From: Rhodobiaceae bacterium
GTDB lineage: Bacteria; Pseudomonadota; Alphaproteobacteria; Rhizobiales; JANQQB01
Direction of reading: 5' to 3'
Assembly (NCBI GenBank): GCA_028285165.1
Contig: JANQQB010000331.1
Coordinates: 4,942-68,941 of the forward strand
DNA: 64,000 nt
Position 1 is the first letter of the stretch. Every line of letters starts with the position of its first letter. A program made the translations under genes and the position numbers. Positions 44,421-53,273 of the stretch are shown in pieces. Under the pieces are notes generated by a model, which worked only from the letters and a program-made list of their open reading frames with translations, was not told the DNA's origin and made no database searches.

Positions 44421-45216
44421 TCGCGCCTTTGCCGTCAAACGCCTGCCGGGTTTCGCGACCATCGCCATGGTCTGCTTTTTCCTGCTCTACGCGCCGATTA
44501 TCGCGCTCGTCGTCTACTCCTTCAACGCCGGCTCCTCGATCGCGCTCTGGGAAGGCTTTTCCTGGCGCTGGTACGAGGCCGCCTGGCAGAATGAAAAGGT
44601 GCAAGAGGCGACAATCCGCTCGCTGGTGATCGCGGTCTGTGCCTCCGGCTTTGCGACGACGCTCGCCACCATGGCCGCGCTCGGCACCACGCGCACCAAG
44701 CCCTATCGCGGATTGACGGCGATCTATGCGGCGATCAACCAGCCTCTGATGGTGCCGGAGATCGTTACCGGCGTCGCGCTCCTCATCTTCTTTGCAATCA
44801 TCAAGCAGGCGACCGGCTATCACGGCCTGTCCTATCTGATCGCCGCCCATACCGCGTTCTGCATTCCGTTTGCCTATCTGCCGATCCGGGCCCGACTGGA
44901 AGGCATGGACCTGACCTTGGAAACCGCGGCGGCCGACCTTTACGCAACGCCCTGGATGACGTTCCGGAAGGTGACCCTGCCGCTGCTTTGGCCAGGCATC
45001 CTTGCCGGCGCCATGCTCGCTTTCGTGATTTCCCTGGACGATGTCGTCATCACCGAACTCGTGAAGTCGGCCGGGCAGGACACGCTTCCGACCTACATGC
45101 TCGGCCAGTTGCGCCGGGTCCTGACGCCGGAAATGAACGCCATTTCGACCGTGCTTCTCGGGATCTCCATCCTCATCGTCACGATTTTCTTCTTTCTCAC
45201 GCGAAAACGCGCTTAA
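44413..45216 (+). CDS. potC: Polyamine-type ABC transporter permease
   Basis: The ATG at 44413 overlaps the potB stop. The sequence is PotC-like (LETAAADLYATPWMTFRKVTLPLLWPGI). Confidence 0.85.
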   Translation: MASRAFAVKRLPGFATIAMVCFFLLYAPIIALVVYSFNAGSSIALWEGFSWRWYEAAWQNEKVQEATIRSLVIAVCASGFATTLATMAALGTTRTKPYRGLTAIYAAINQPLMVPEIVTGVALLIFFAIIKQATGYHGLSYLIAAHTAFCIPFAYLPIRARLEGMDLTLETAAADLYATPWMTFRKVTLPLLWPGILAGAMLAFVISLDDVVITELVKSAGQDTLPTYMLGQLRRVLTPEMNAISTVLLGISILIVTIFFFLTRKRA

Positions 45217-45247
45217 CTGACGACAACCTAAAACTGGGAGACATGTC

Positions 45248-46282
45248 ATGCACCGTAAGCTGATTTTCGGAGCCGCCTTACTCGCCATGGCCGGCGGCCT
45301 CGGACCGGCCCACGCAACCGGCGAACTGAACATCTACAATTGGGGCAATTACACCAATCCCGAACTCATCAAGAAGTTCGAGGAAAAGTACGATATCAAG
45401 GTCACCGTCACCGACTATGATTCCAACGATACCGCGCTTGCCAAGGTGAAGGCCGGCGGCCATGGCTTCGACATCGTCGTGCCGTCGGCAAGCTACGTGC
45501 CGATCTGGGTGGGCGAGGGGCTGTTGCTGAACACCCGCGTCGACCAGATGGAGAACTTCAAGCACGTTGCCGCCGAATGGCGCGATGTGGATTGGGATCC
45601 GGGTCGGCAATATACCGCGCCCTGGCAATGGGGCAGCGTCGGCATGGTCGTCGACACCTCGGTCTATGAGGGTGACATCAATACATCCGCCATTTTCCTC
45701 GATCCGCCGGAAGAACTGGTCGGCAAGATCAACGTTGCGCCGGAAATGGGCGACGTGATGGGCATGGCCATCATGTATATGGGCGGCGAGCCCTGCACGG
45801 ATGACCGGGAATTGCTCAAGAAGGTCCGCGACAAGCTCTTGGAAGCCAAGCCGAAATGGCTGTCGATGGATTACGGCGTCATCGAAAAGTTCGCCGGCCG
45901 TGACCTTGCGGCCTCCGCCTACTGGAACGGCGCGGCCTTCCGGGCGCGCGAGAAAAACCCGGACGTGCGCTACGGCTATCCGCGTGAAGGCTATGTATTG
46001 TGGATGGACAGCGTCGCCGTGCTTGCCGATGCCAAGAACGTCGACAACGCCAAGCTGTTTCAGAACTTCATCATGGAACCGGAAAACGCCGCGCTGATTT
46101 CCGCCTTCGCCCGCTATGCCAACGGCATTGCCGGTTCGGAAGAATTCATGCCGGCCGACATGCGCGAAGCGCCGGAAGTGCTCATTCCGGAAGAGTTTGC
46201 CGAGGCCGGTACCTTCATTCCGACCTGCTCGCCGGAAGTCCAGAAGCTTTACACGGCGATCTGGACCGAACTGCAGAAGTAA
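45248..46282 (+). CDS. Polyamine-type (PotD/PotF family) periplasmic binding protein
   Basis: Signal peptide [23 protein letters not shown], then [26 protein letters not shown], typical of PotD/PotF. Confidence 0.85.
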   Translation: MHRKLIFGAALLAMAGGLGPAHATGELNIYNWGNYTNPELIKKFEEKYDIKVTVTDYDSNDTALAKVKAGGHGFDIVVPSASYVPIWVGEGLLLNTRVDQMENFKHVAAEWRDVDWDPGRQYTAPWQWGSVGMVVDTSVYEGDINTSAIFLDPPEELVGKINVAPEMGDVMGMAIMYMGGEPCTDDRELLKKVRDKLLEAKPKWLSMDYGVIEKFAGRDLAASAYWNGAAFRAREKNPDVRYGYPREGYVLWMDSVAVLADAKNVDNAKLFQNFIMEPENAALISAFARYANGIAGSEEFMPADMREAPEVLIPEEFAEAGTFIPTCSPEVQKLYTAIWTELQK

Positions 46283-46291
46283 CCGGACCGT

Positions 46292-46322
46292 CGGGACAGG
46301 CCGCCATTGTCGGCCTGTCCCG
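46292..46322 (+). terminator. 12-bp perfect stem-loop after the binding-protein gene
   Basis: CGGGACAGGCCG-N7-CGGCCTGTCCCG lies between the potD-like stop and the amidase start. Confidence 0.5.
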
Positions 46323-46343
46323 TCGAACGGTCTACGACGCGGT

Positions 46344-47789
46344 ATGAGCGACACCGATCTGGTCTATCTCCCGGCAACGGAAGCGCTGGCGCGTTTCCGG
46401 GCCCGTACGCTGTCGCCGGTCGAACTGATGCAGGCCGTGATCGATCGGGCACAAAGCCAGGAACCGACGATCAACGCCTTCACGTTCACCCACTACGAAC
46501 GCTCGCTCGACCAGGCTCGGGCGGCCGAGGCCCGCTATGCCGCCGGGCGGCCGGTCGGCCCGCTGGACGGTCTGCCCGTCGCGATCAAGGACGAGAGCTA
46601 TATCGCCGGCGAACCGACGAGCAGCGGCTCGCTTCTTATGCGGGATTTTGTTCCCGAGGTGACGTCGCCGGTCAATCAGCGCGTTCTGGATGCCGGCGGC
46701 ATCGTGCACGCTCGTACCGCCACGCCGGAATTCTCCTGCGCCGCCTTCACCTGGTCCCGTTTGTGGGGCGTGACCCGCAATCCCTGGAACCCGGACTACA
46801 CGCCGGGTGGATCCTCCGGCGGTTCGGCAGCGTCGCTGGCCGCCGGCACATCGATGCTCGCGACCGGATCCGACATCGGCGGCTCGATCCGGATTCCGGC
46901 ATCGGCCTGCGGCCTCGTCGGCTACAAGCCGCCTTATGGCCGCAATCCGGAAGACGCGCCCTTCAACCTCGATTTCTATTGCCACGCGGGTCCGCTCGCG
47001 CGCACCGTGGCCGATACGATCCTCTTTCAGAATGTCATGTGTGGGCCGCACCCGCAGGATATCGCGACGCTGCGCCCGAAACTGGAACTGCCGTTCGACT
47101 ATGCTCCGATTGCCGGCATGAAGCTCGCCTATTCCCCGGATCTCGGATTCTACGAAGTCGATGCCGAAGTTCGGGCCAACACGGAAAAGGCACTCGATGT
47201 GTTCCGTGGTCTGGGTGTCACCGTGGATCAGGTGGACCTCGGCTGGGAACCGGCCGCCTTCCAGGTCGGGGTCGATTACCTGGCACACCTGTTCGGCGGC
47301 TATCTGGCGGCGGAAGCCGAAGGCCGGTTCGAGGATCTGGCGCCCTACACACGCCGCTTTCTGAAATCCGCAGGCACGTCGACCTCGATCGACTTCGTAC
47401 GCAGCCTGTCGGGAGCGGGCGAAATGTATGCAACCCTCGGCCCGATCCTGGAAACCTATGACGCGCTGATCTGTCCGACCACGGCGCTGCCGGCCGTCGC
47501 GGCGGATTTCGACGAGACCCGGACCGACCTGACGATCAACGGCAAGACGGTGAATCCGATGCTCGGCTGGGTCATGACGTCACCGTTCAATACATTGAGC
47601 CGTTGTCCGGTTCTATCCGTGCCGTCGGGTCGGTCGAGCGCCGGTGTCCCGACCGGGATTCAGATCGTCGGACGCACCTATTGCGATGAAGATGTCTTCC
47701 GGCTGGCGACCGCTTACGAAGCCGCGAACGGACCCTGGTATGGAGCGGGCGCGGCGCGGCCGGCAAACGGCGCCGCGGCGCCTGCATGA
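46344..47789 (+). CDS. Amidase (amidase-signature family)
   Basis: The GGSSGGSAA signature is present (YTPGGSSGGSAASLAAG). The start was set at the ATG at 46344 (MSDTDLVYLPATEAL). Confidence 0.9.
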   Translation: MSDTDLVYLPATEALARFRARTLSPVELMQAVIDRAQSQEPTINAFTFTHYERSLDQARAAEARYAAGRPVGPLDGLPVAIKDESYIAGEPTSSGSLLMRDFVPEVTSPVNQRVLDAGGIVHARTATPEFSCAAFTWSRLWGVTRNPWNPDYTPGGSSGGSAASLAAGTSMLATGSDIGGSIRIPASACGLVGYKPPYGRNPEDAPFNLDFYCHAGPLARTVADTILFQNVMCGPHPQDIATLRPKLELPFDYAPIAGMKLAYSPDLGFYEVDAEVRANTEKALDVFRGLGVTVDQVDLGWEPAAFQVGVDYLAHLFGGYLAAEAEGRFEDLAPYTRRFLKSAGTSTSIDFVRSLSGAGEMYATLGPILETYDALICPTTALPAVAADFDETRTDLTINGKTVNPMLGWVMTSPFNTLSRCPVLSVPSGRSSAGVPTGIQIVGRTYCDEDVFRLATAYEAANGPWYGAGAARPANGAAAPA

Positions 47790-48952
47790 GTATCGCGCAC
47801 CAGCGGCCGAAGGGCGTTACCCTGGAGAACTGGCGCCTCCCGCCCCACAACGCCTGGGCCTTTCATCACGTACGCGAACTCATTCCAACGGCTGCGATTG
47901 CGGTTCGCCCGACCGCGCCCCAACCGCCTCCGGGACCGGTGCTCGACCTGTCGGATATCGGTTTCAATGATCGTCAGGGCCACTCCTGGACGTTTGCGGG
48001 ACTCCTGGAGCAGACAGCGACGCACGCCTTCCTGGTGCTGAAACAGGGCCGCATCGTCCACGAGGCCTATGCGCCGGCCTACGATCCCCGCTCTCCGCAC
48101 CTTCTGTTTTCAGTGTCGAAGTCGATTACCGGGGCGCTCGCCGGGTGCCTCGTCGCGGACGGCGCTATCCGGCCGGAGGACCCGGTGGTCGACCATGTTC
48201 CCGAAATGGCGGGCTCGGTCTATGAGACCTGCACGCTGCGCCATCTGCTCGACATGACGGTGAGCATGGATCTGGAGGAGAATTACACAGATCCGGACAG
48301 CGACTACATGCGCTATCGCGAAGCGACCGGTTGGAATCCGCCTCGGGCGCCGAGCGACCTGGTTTCCTTTCTGTCGACGATTCGCGCCGGTAGCGAGGCC
48401 CATGGCGCGTTGTTTCGCTATCGCTCGCCGAATTCGGATCTTCTGGGCATCGTTCTGGAACGCGCGTCCGGCCAGCCCTTCGCCGACCTTCTGTCGGAAC
48501 GCATCTGGCAGAAACTCGGCTGCTGCGGACCCGCCGACATCACTGTGGACCGCCTCGGCGCGCCGCGCGCTGCAGGCGGCATTTCGACGACCGCCCGCGA
48601 CCTCGCGCTTTTGGGCGACATGATGCGGTGTGACGGGGCATATGGCGGCACTGAGATCGTGCCGTCGCCCTGGATCGCTGACATCCGGTGCGCCGGCGAT
48701 CCGCAGGCCTGGGCAAACGGCGATTACAGCTATCTCATTCCCGGTGGCCGGTACCGCTCGCAATGGTATGCGACCGCAGGCGCCGAACCGGCGCTTTGTG
48801 CGATCGGTATCCACGGACAATGGCTCTACATCGATCCGGCAAGCGAGTCCGTGATGGTCAAGCTGTCAGCACAGGCCGAACCGATCGACGATCCGCTCGA
48901 CATGGCCATGCTCGACGGCTTCGCGCATCTGGCGCGGCAGCTCAGAGCCTGA
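47786..48952 (+). CDS. Serine hydrolase (beta-lactamase/transpeptidase-like, class C fold)
   Basis: S-x-x-K motif SVSKS and an ATGA overlap with the amidase gene. Confidence 0.8.
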   Translation: MSIAHQRPKGVTLENWRLPPHNAWAFHHVRELIPTAAIAVRPTAPQPPPGPVLDLSDIGFNDRQGHSWTFAGLLEQTATHAFLVLKQGRIVHEAYAPAYDPRSPHLLFSVSKSITGALAGCLVADGAIRPEDPVVDHVPEMAGSVYETCTLRHLLDMTVSMDLEENYTDPDSDYMRYREATGWNPPRAPSDLVSFLSTIRAGSEAHGALFRYRSPNSDLLGIVLERASGQPFADLLSERIWQKLGCCGPADITVDRLGAPRAAGGISTTARDLALLGDMMRCDGAYGGTEIVPSPWIADIRCAGDPQAWANGDYSYLIPGGRYRSQWYATAGAEPALCAIGIHGQWLYIDPASESVMVKLSAQAEPIDDPLDMAMLDGFAHLARQLRA

Positions 48953-49046
48953 AGGCGGGGCCTGACCGCATGCCGCGAGACGGAGCGGCGGGTTCGACGC
49001 AGTGGACGCTCCTGCCGAACCCGCCGCCGGTCCCGGCTGATAATTG

Positions 49047-50543
49047 TCAGCGGGGACAGAGCAAGGCTTTGTTCTGATGGGCCTCGTCACGGTTTTCCTC
49101 AACGCACTTGATCATGTGGCCAAGTGTGAAGGGACCGCCGCCGAAGAATTCGGGAAGCGGTTCGAAACCGGGATTGTTGAGGATGGATTCCGGATCGAGC
49201 AGCAGCATCCGGATCAGCACGCCGGCGACGATGGTGCCGCCGACCGGGCCGAGCTTGCCGCCGAATTGCTCGGCTTCTTGCAGACAATAATACCAAAGCG
49301 GTGTCTTGGTGATGCCTTTGGCCTGCAGTTCGGGCGGTGCCGCCAGCTCTTCCACACCCATGCGCCGGGCCATCTGCTGGCCTGAGGCGACCAGTAGGGA
49401 GAACCGGTCGCGGAACACGTTCCGGTGCGGCAGTTTCTGGGCGTCTTCCAGTGGCACGACGGCATTGTCGAAGCGGATCGCTTCCGACACGAACGGCAAG
49501 TGAAAGATCGAGCCGGCCATCTTGCGGCCGATCGGACGGGCAGTGTCGAAGGCGGTGCCGTCGCCAAAATCGAAAAGATGTTTGAAGTCGATATTGTGCA
49601 CCGGATCGCGCTTGCCGGAACCGAGAAAGCCCGCATCGAACAGCCCGAGCCGTCGGCCCTCCTGGAAGGTGTAGACATTCTGGACCGTGGCGTGGCCGAA
49701 CCGGAACGCGGCCACCGAAAACTCGACCGGTACGAGCGGCGAGGTGTGTGTGAACGGTTTCGGCGGCAAGCCATGCAGAAAGCCGTGCAGCACGTCCTTC
49801 AGCACATGCGCATCGACGAATGCCGGCAGGAAGTCGTGCAGCACCAGCCATTGGTAGTGCAGCCGCACCAGCCGCCGCGCGGCTTCGAAGGGCTTTTCCT
49901 TTTCCGGCATTTCCGATTCCGACACATCGGAGCGCACGCCCTCGAAGGCGCATTGCATGAGATGCGACGTCTGCGCGTTTTCGATCCGGCTGACGACAAT
50001 GTTGTGCAGTGCGATGAAAGCGCCGTGCACCTGGGAAACGATCTGGTTTTCGTCGTTGCGCGGGTCGCCGATCAGCGCGGTTTCATCGCAATTGCGCGGT
50101 AGGTCGAGCGGGTTGTGAGCGGAGCCGAACAGCAGATAGCCTGCGTGGTTCTGAGAATACAGGTGCGGCGATGCTTCCGGCCCGTCGCCGTAGACATTGT
50201 CGAGCTCCAGTGCCGGGGTCCGGATGTTGCGGATGGAGCGCGGATCGATCCGCGTGCCGATGGCGCTTGTCGCATCCAGCGTGATGTCGTGGTCGATGAA
50301 TTGACCGAAAAACGTCTGTCCGGCTTCGACCGAGGACGTCCGGTCCTGATCGTCCTGCATGCTGTCCAAGGCCTCTGAGAAAGCGTCGATGACCCGCTGG
50401 CTGTTGAATCCGGAGCCCGTGATCGGGTTCTTGGGTCCCAACCGCCCGAAATTCTGCGGCAATTCAACAAATTGATCTGTAGCGTCCGCAGAGGCATATA
50501 TGTATCGATCGAATTTGGAGAGGCCGTGTTTTGTATTCGTCAC
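49047..50543 (-). CDS. Haem peroxidase of the peroxidase-cyclooxygenase ('animal haem peroxidase') superfamily
   Basis: Distal-site motif FGQFIDHDIT and proximal-site motif AAFRFGHATV. No signal peptide seen. Confidence 0.8.
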   Translation of the reverse strand: MTNTKHGLSKFDRYIYASADATDQFVELPQNFGRLGPKNPITGSGFNSQRVIDAFSEALDSMQDDQDRTSSVEAGQTFFGQFIDHDITLDATSAIGTRIDPRSIRNIRTPALELDNVYGDGPEASPHLYSQNHAGYLLFGSAHNPLDLPRNCDETALIGDPRNDENQIVSQVHGAFIALHNIVVSRIENAQTSHLMQCAFEGVRSDVSESEMPEKEKPFEAARRLVRLHYQWLVLHDFLPAFVDAHVLKDVLHGFLHGLPPKPFTHTSPLVPVEFSVAAFRFGHATVQNVYTFQEGRRLGLFDAGFLGSGKRDPVHNIDFKHLFDFGDGTAFDTARPIGRKMAGSIFHLPFVSEAIRFDNAVVPLEDAQKLPHRNVFRDRFSLLVASGQQMARRMGVEELAAPPELQAKGITKTPLWYYCLQEAEQFGGKLGPVGGTIVAGVLIRMLLLDPESILNNPGFEPLPEFFGGGPFTLGHMIKCVEENRDEAHQNKALLCPR

Positions 50544-50910
50544 AATAAGACTCCATAAATACGCATCTAAAATGTCATCCTCTGGATGGTGTAGCTTCTA
50601 AGTATGTTTTTACGTCGCAAATCAACAAAAAATTTTTCGAATTTATTTCATCAATATCTGACTCTTAAATAAATAAAGAAAAAACAACAGCTTATTTGAA
50701 ACATAATCAATCTGCAAATTTGAGAAACTATATTTCAAAAAATAGGAAAATTTATTCAGAAGAGATCTATTGATCTGAATATAAAGGGATAATGGCGTTC
50801 GATTTATAAAATAACTCTGTGAGAGTTAAGAGTATAAATGATTCGAAAAAATATGAACAACGTTCGTTACTTTATATATTTGGCAGCGCCGGGATTGTTC
50901 GAAAAGACCG

Positions 50911-51073
50911 TCAACCGGGCTTCGCCGATCCCTGATCCCGCATCATGCGCATGATCTGCTGCTCAAGGGCGGCATAGCCGTCCATGGCGATGACGGTCTC
51001 CTTGTCGGCGATGCGCGCGCCGTTCTTGAAGGCCGGGACGATCACATCGTGCACCTTGCCGGGACAGCGTGAC
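50911..51073 (-). pseudogene. 3'-terminal remnant of a NitT/TauT-type ABC ATPase gene (copy of 57784-57955)
   Basis: The translated tail VHDVIVPAFKNGARIADKETVIAMDGYAALEQQIMRMMR parallels the C-terminus of the intact ATPase. Segments 50939-51073 and 57821-57955 are identical at 125/135 nt by hand count. Upstream ATPase motifs are absent. Confidence 0.75.
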
Positions 51074-51275
51074 GCGAAAGGATTTTTGCGAGAACAAAAA
51101 ATCGAGTCCTCGACATTTTGGGGGTAAGAAGAAACTTTTAGTGCTCGAGGCAGCGATGATTTCGATCGCTGTATATCGTAAAAGTCCGGTCGATGCGCTT
51201 GATCGATGAAACGTCGAAAGTTTCCCCTGACCCTGCTTTTCGGAGCAGATAGTCGATTGAAAGTCGATGTCAGTA

Positions 51276-52151
51276 TCAGTTCCTGAGACTTCGCCAAATT
51301 CTAGGAGATGCGCCGAAGCGGCGCCGAAAGGCCTTCGCGAACTGTGCCGGATTGTCGTAGCCGAAGCTGTTCGACACATGGGTCACTGATACGTTTCTGT
51401 CTTCTGCCAAGACAGAGGCCGCCCGGTCGAGTTTTGTAGCGACGACAAACTGATAGGGTGTGTGGCCGGTGGCCGCCTTGAACCGTCTCGAGAAATGGTG
51501 CCGGCTCACTCCGGCGATCCGGGCCAGGTCGTCAACCGGAATGCGCCGCTCGAGATTTTCCGCGACATATCCTGCGATGCGTTCAAGCGATGTCATGGAC
51601 AGAGGCGTCACACTTGACGCTATTTCGCCGTTTTCCTCGCCGACTTCATCAAGCAGGTGATGCGCAACCATGTAGGCGGCATGCAGGAGCACCTTGTCCG
51701 ACACGCGGCCGGCCAGCGTATAGCCAACATGCGTCATCAACGTTTCGACCATCGTGTCCCTGATCGGCCCCGAAATCACGTCGCTCCTAATCAGTCTTGG
51801 CCAATTGTCGCCAAAGCTCTCAGAGAGCTCGTCGACCAGGATGCCCATCGTGACCGTGCGCAATTCAGGCCATTCCCCCATGCCTGGAGCCGAAGGCGCA
51901 ACGATGCCGATATCGCCTGGTTCGATGTGGGAATCGAAATTCTGCATCGTGGTTTTCTGAACCACGCGACCGCCGCCGGAGATGCACAGGATCACGAACA
52001 ATGCGGGAATGCTACGGATCGGACCGGCATGCGCGCCATATGACGCGTCGTAGACCAAAACCGTTCGCTGGGCATTTACTTTGAGACTGTGAATCTCGGC
52101 GTTCTGCTCAGCAAGCCGCTCAGAGATTACAGCGTCCGGGGGAATTACCAC
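51276..52151 (-). CDS. AraC family transcriptional regulator
   Basis: C-terminal double HTH (VDDLARIAGVSRHHFSRRFKAATGHTPYQFV ... NPAQFAKAFRRRFG). Confidence 0.85.
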   Translation of the reverse strand: MVIPPDAVISERLAEQNAEIHSLKVNAQRTVLVYDASYGAHAGPIRSIPALFVILCISGGGRVVQKTTMQNFDSHIEPGDIGIVAPSAPGMGEWPELRTVTMGILVDELSESFGDNWPRLIRSDVISGPIRDTMVETLMTHVGYTLAGRVSDKVLLHAAYMVAHHLLDEVGEENGEIASSVTPLSMTSLERIAGYVAENLERRIPVDDLARIAGVSRHHFSRRFKAATGHTPYQFVVATKLDRAASVLAEDRNVSVTHVSNSFGYDNPAQFAKAFRRRFGASPRIWRSLRN

Positions 52152-53159
52152 TGTTGCGTTCCCGTCTGCACGACATGTCGACCGCTATCTTCTTCGAAAA
52201 ACGTCAAAAGAGATCAGTTCTTGGGGCAACCGGATTAGAAATCCGTTGCACATCTGTTTTCTGCACCGCAAGCACCAAGGGCGTCAAGAAGCCGGAAGCC
52301 ATCGGCAATGCCGGCGAGGGCAGTCGCGATCAGCCGGCAAAGAGCAACGGGTGCCTGTTGTCCATCCAAACAATTAGCTGCCTTTAACGTGCTTCCGTAT
52401 CGTGCCGTTTCGGTTCGAAATTGGGAAAACAAAGGCGAAAATCGACCCGCTATCGAGGCAGTTGCGAAAGGCAAGACGATGTCTATCAGCGCATGGCGGC
52501 GGCGGCCCATCATTGAGGCAGATACATCGCTGCCGATTGATGCTGTCCGGCTCACAGCACACAATGTGCAGTCACATCGGTTTGCGTCCGAGCCGATACA
52601 TTGCGATCTTGGGGCCCCGTTTCGCCCGGTTGAGAAATGACGAACCTGAAAATCAGGACCGTGCGAGTACGGTGCTCGCACATGCCGAAAACCGCCTGGT
52701 GTTGTGCAACAAGGCGCGCATTTGCCGGCGAAGCTAAGGACAGCGTCAAGCGATGCGAGGCGCTGACCCGCTAACCGTGCTGGAATGCAAGTCCTCTGCA
52801 GATGTGCAGCGTCGCCTTCACAGGCTGGCGGATCACCAGATGCCGGCCACACGCTGCGCGATCTGCCGGAGCCGATCCTTGTTTGTGAATGACGGTTTTC
52901 CGATACGCGCGCCCTACATTCTCAAGCTAATCCAACCAAGACGGTGCGGTTGTAGTCACCGACAATGCTAGGATGTCCCCGGCGCACATCCAGGTATGCC
53001 GGAATTATGTGCGTGGCCCCGTAATTGGGTTTTCATCCAAGCTCGTTCCATTCAAGTCCGGTGCGGAATTGTCGGTCCACCTTCGACAACCGGATTGAGG
53101 GAAACCGGCGACCGCCTATCCGGGCGGTGTGTTTGAGCGTTCGCTTCATCTGATAATGC

Positions 53160-53174
53160 TGACTTTTTTTGTCA
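53160..53174. promoter_or_regulatory. TGA-N9-TCA motif (RirA IRO-box-like) upstream of the TonB-dependent receptor
   Basis: TGACTTTTTTTGTCA lies 100 bp upstream of the ATG at 53274, in a locally AT-rich patch that also contains GATAATG. Confidence 0.35.
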
Positions 53175-53273
53175 AGAAAAGCGCGAATATGCTATGTCGC
53201 CGCACGATCGGGTTAGAAGTCACCCGGCCCCGCGTCCAAGTTTGGCCGCACGGATTGCAAGACGGGGGTTCGG

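Noticed and set aside
51074-51297. N-terminal part of track ORF 50911..51297 (128 aa) as an intact small gene
   Set aside because: Only the C-terminal ~50 residues are homologous to the ABC ATPase. The upstream part is lower-GC junk with no Walker or signature motifs and overlaps the AraC gene end. I called it a gene remnant.
52235-52852. 205-aa ORF (and other ORFs of 60-110 aa) in the AraC/receptor spacer
   Set aside because: There is no codon-position GC bias in the codons I checked, no motifs, and several frames overlap. I treated the region as non-coding or decayed DNA.
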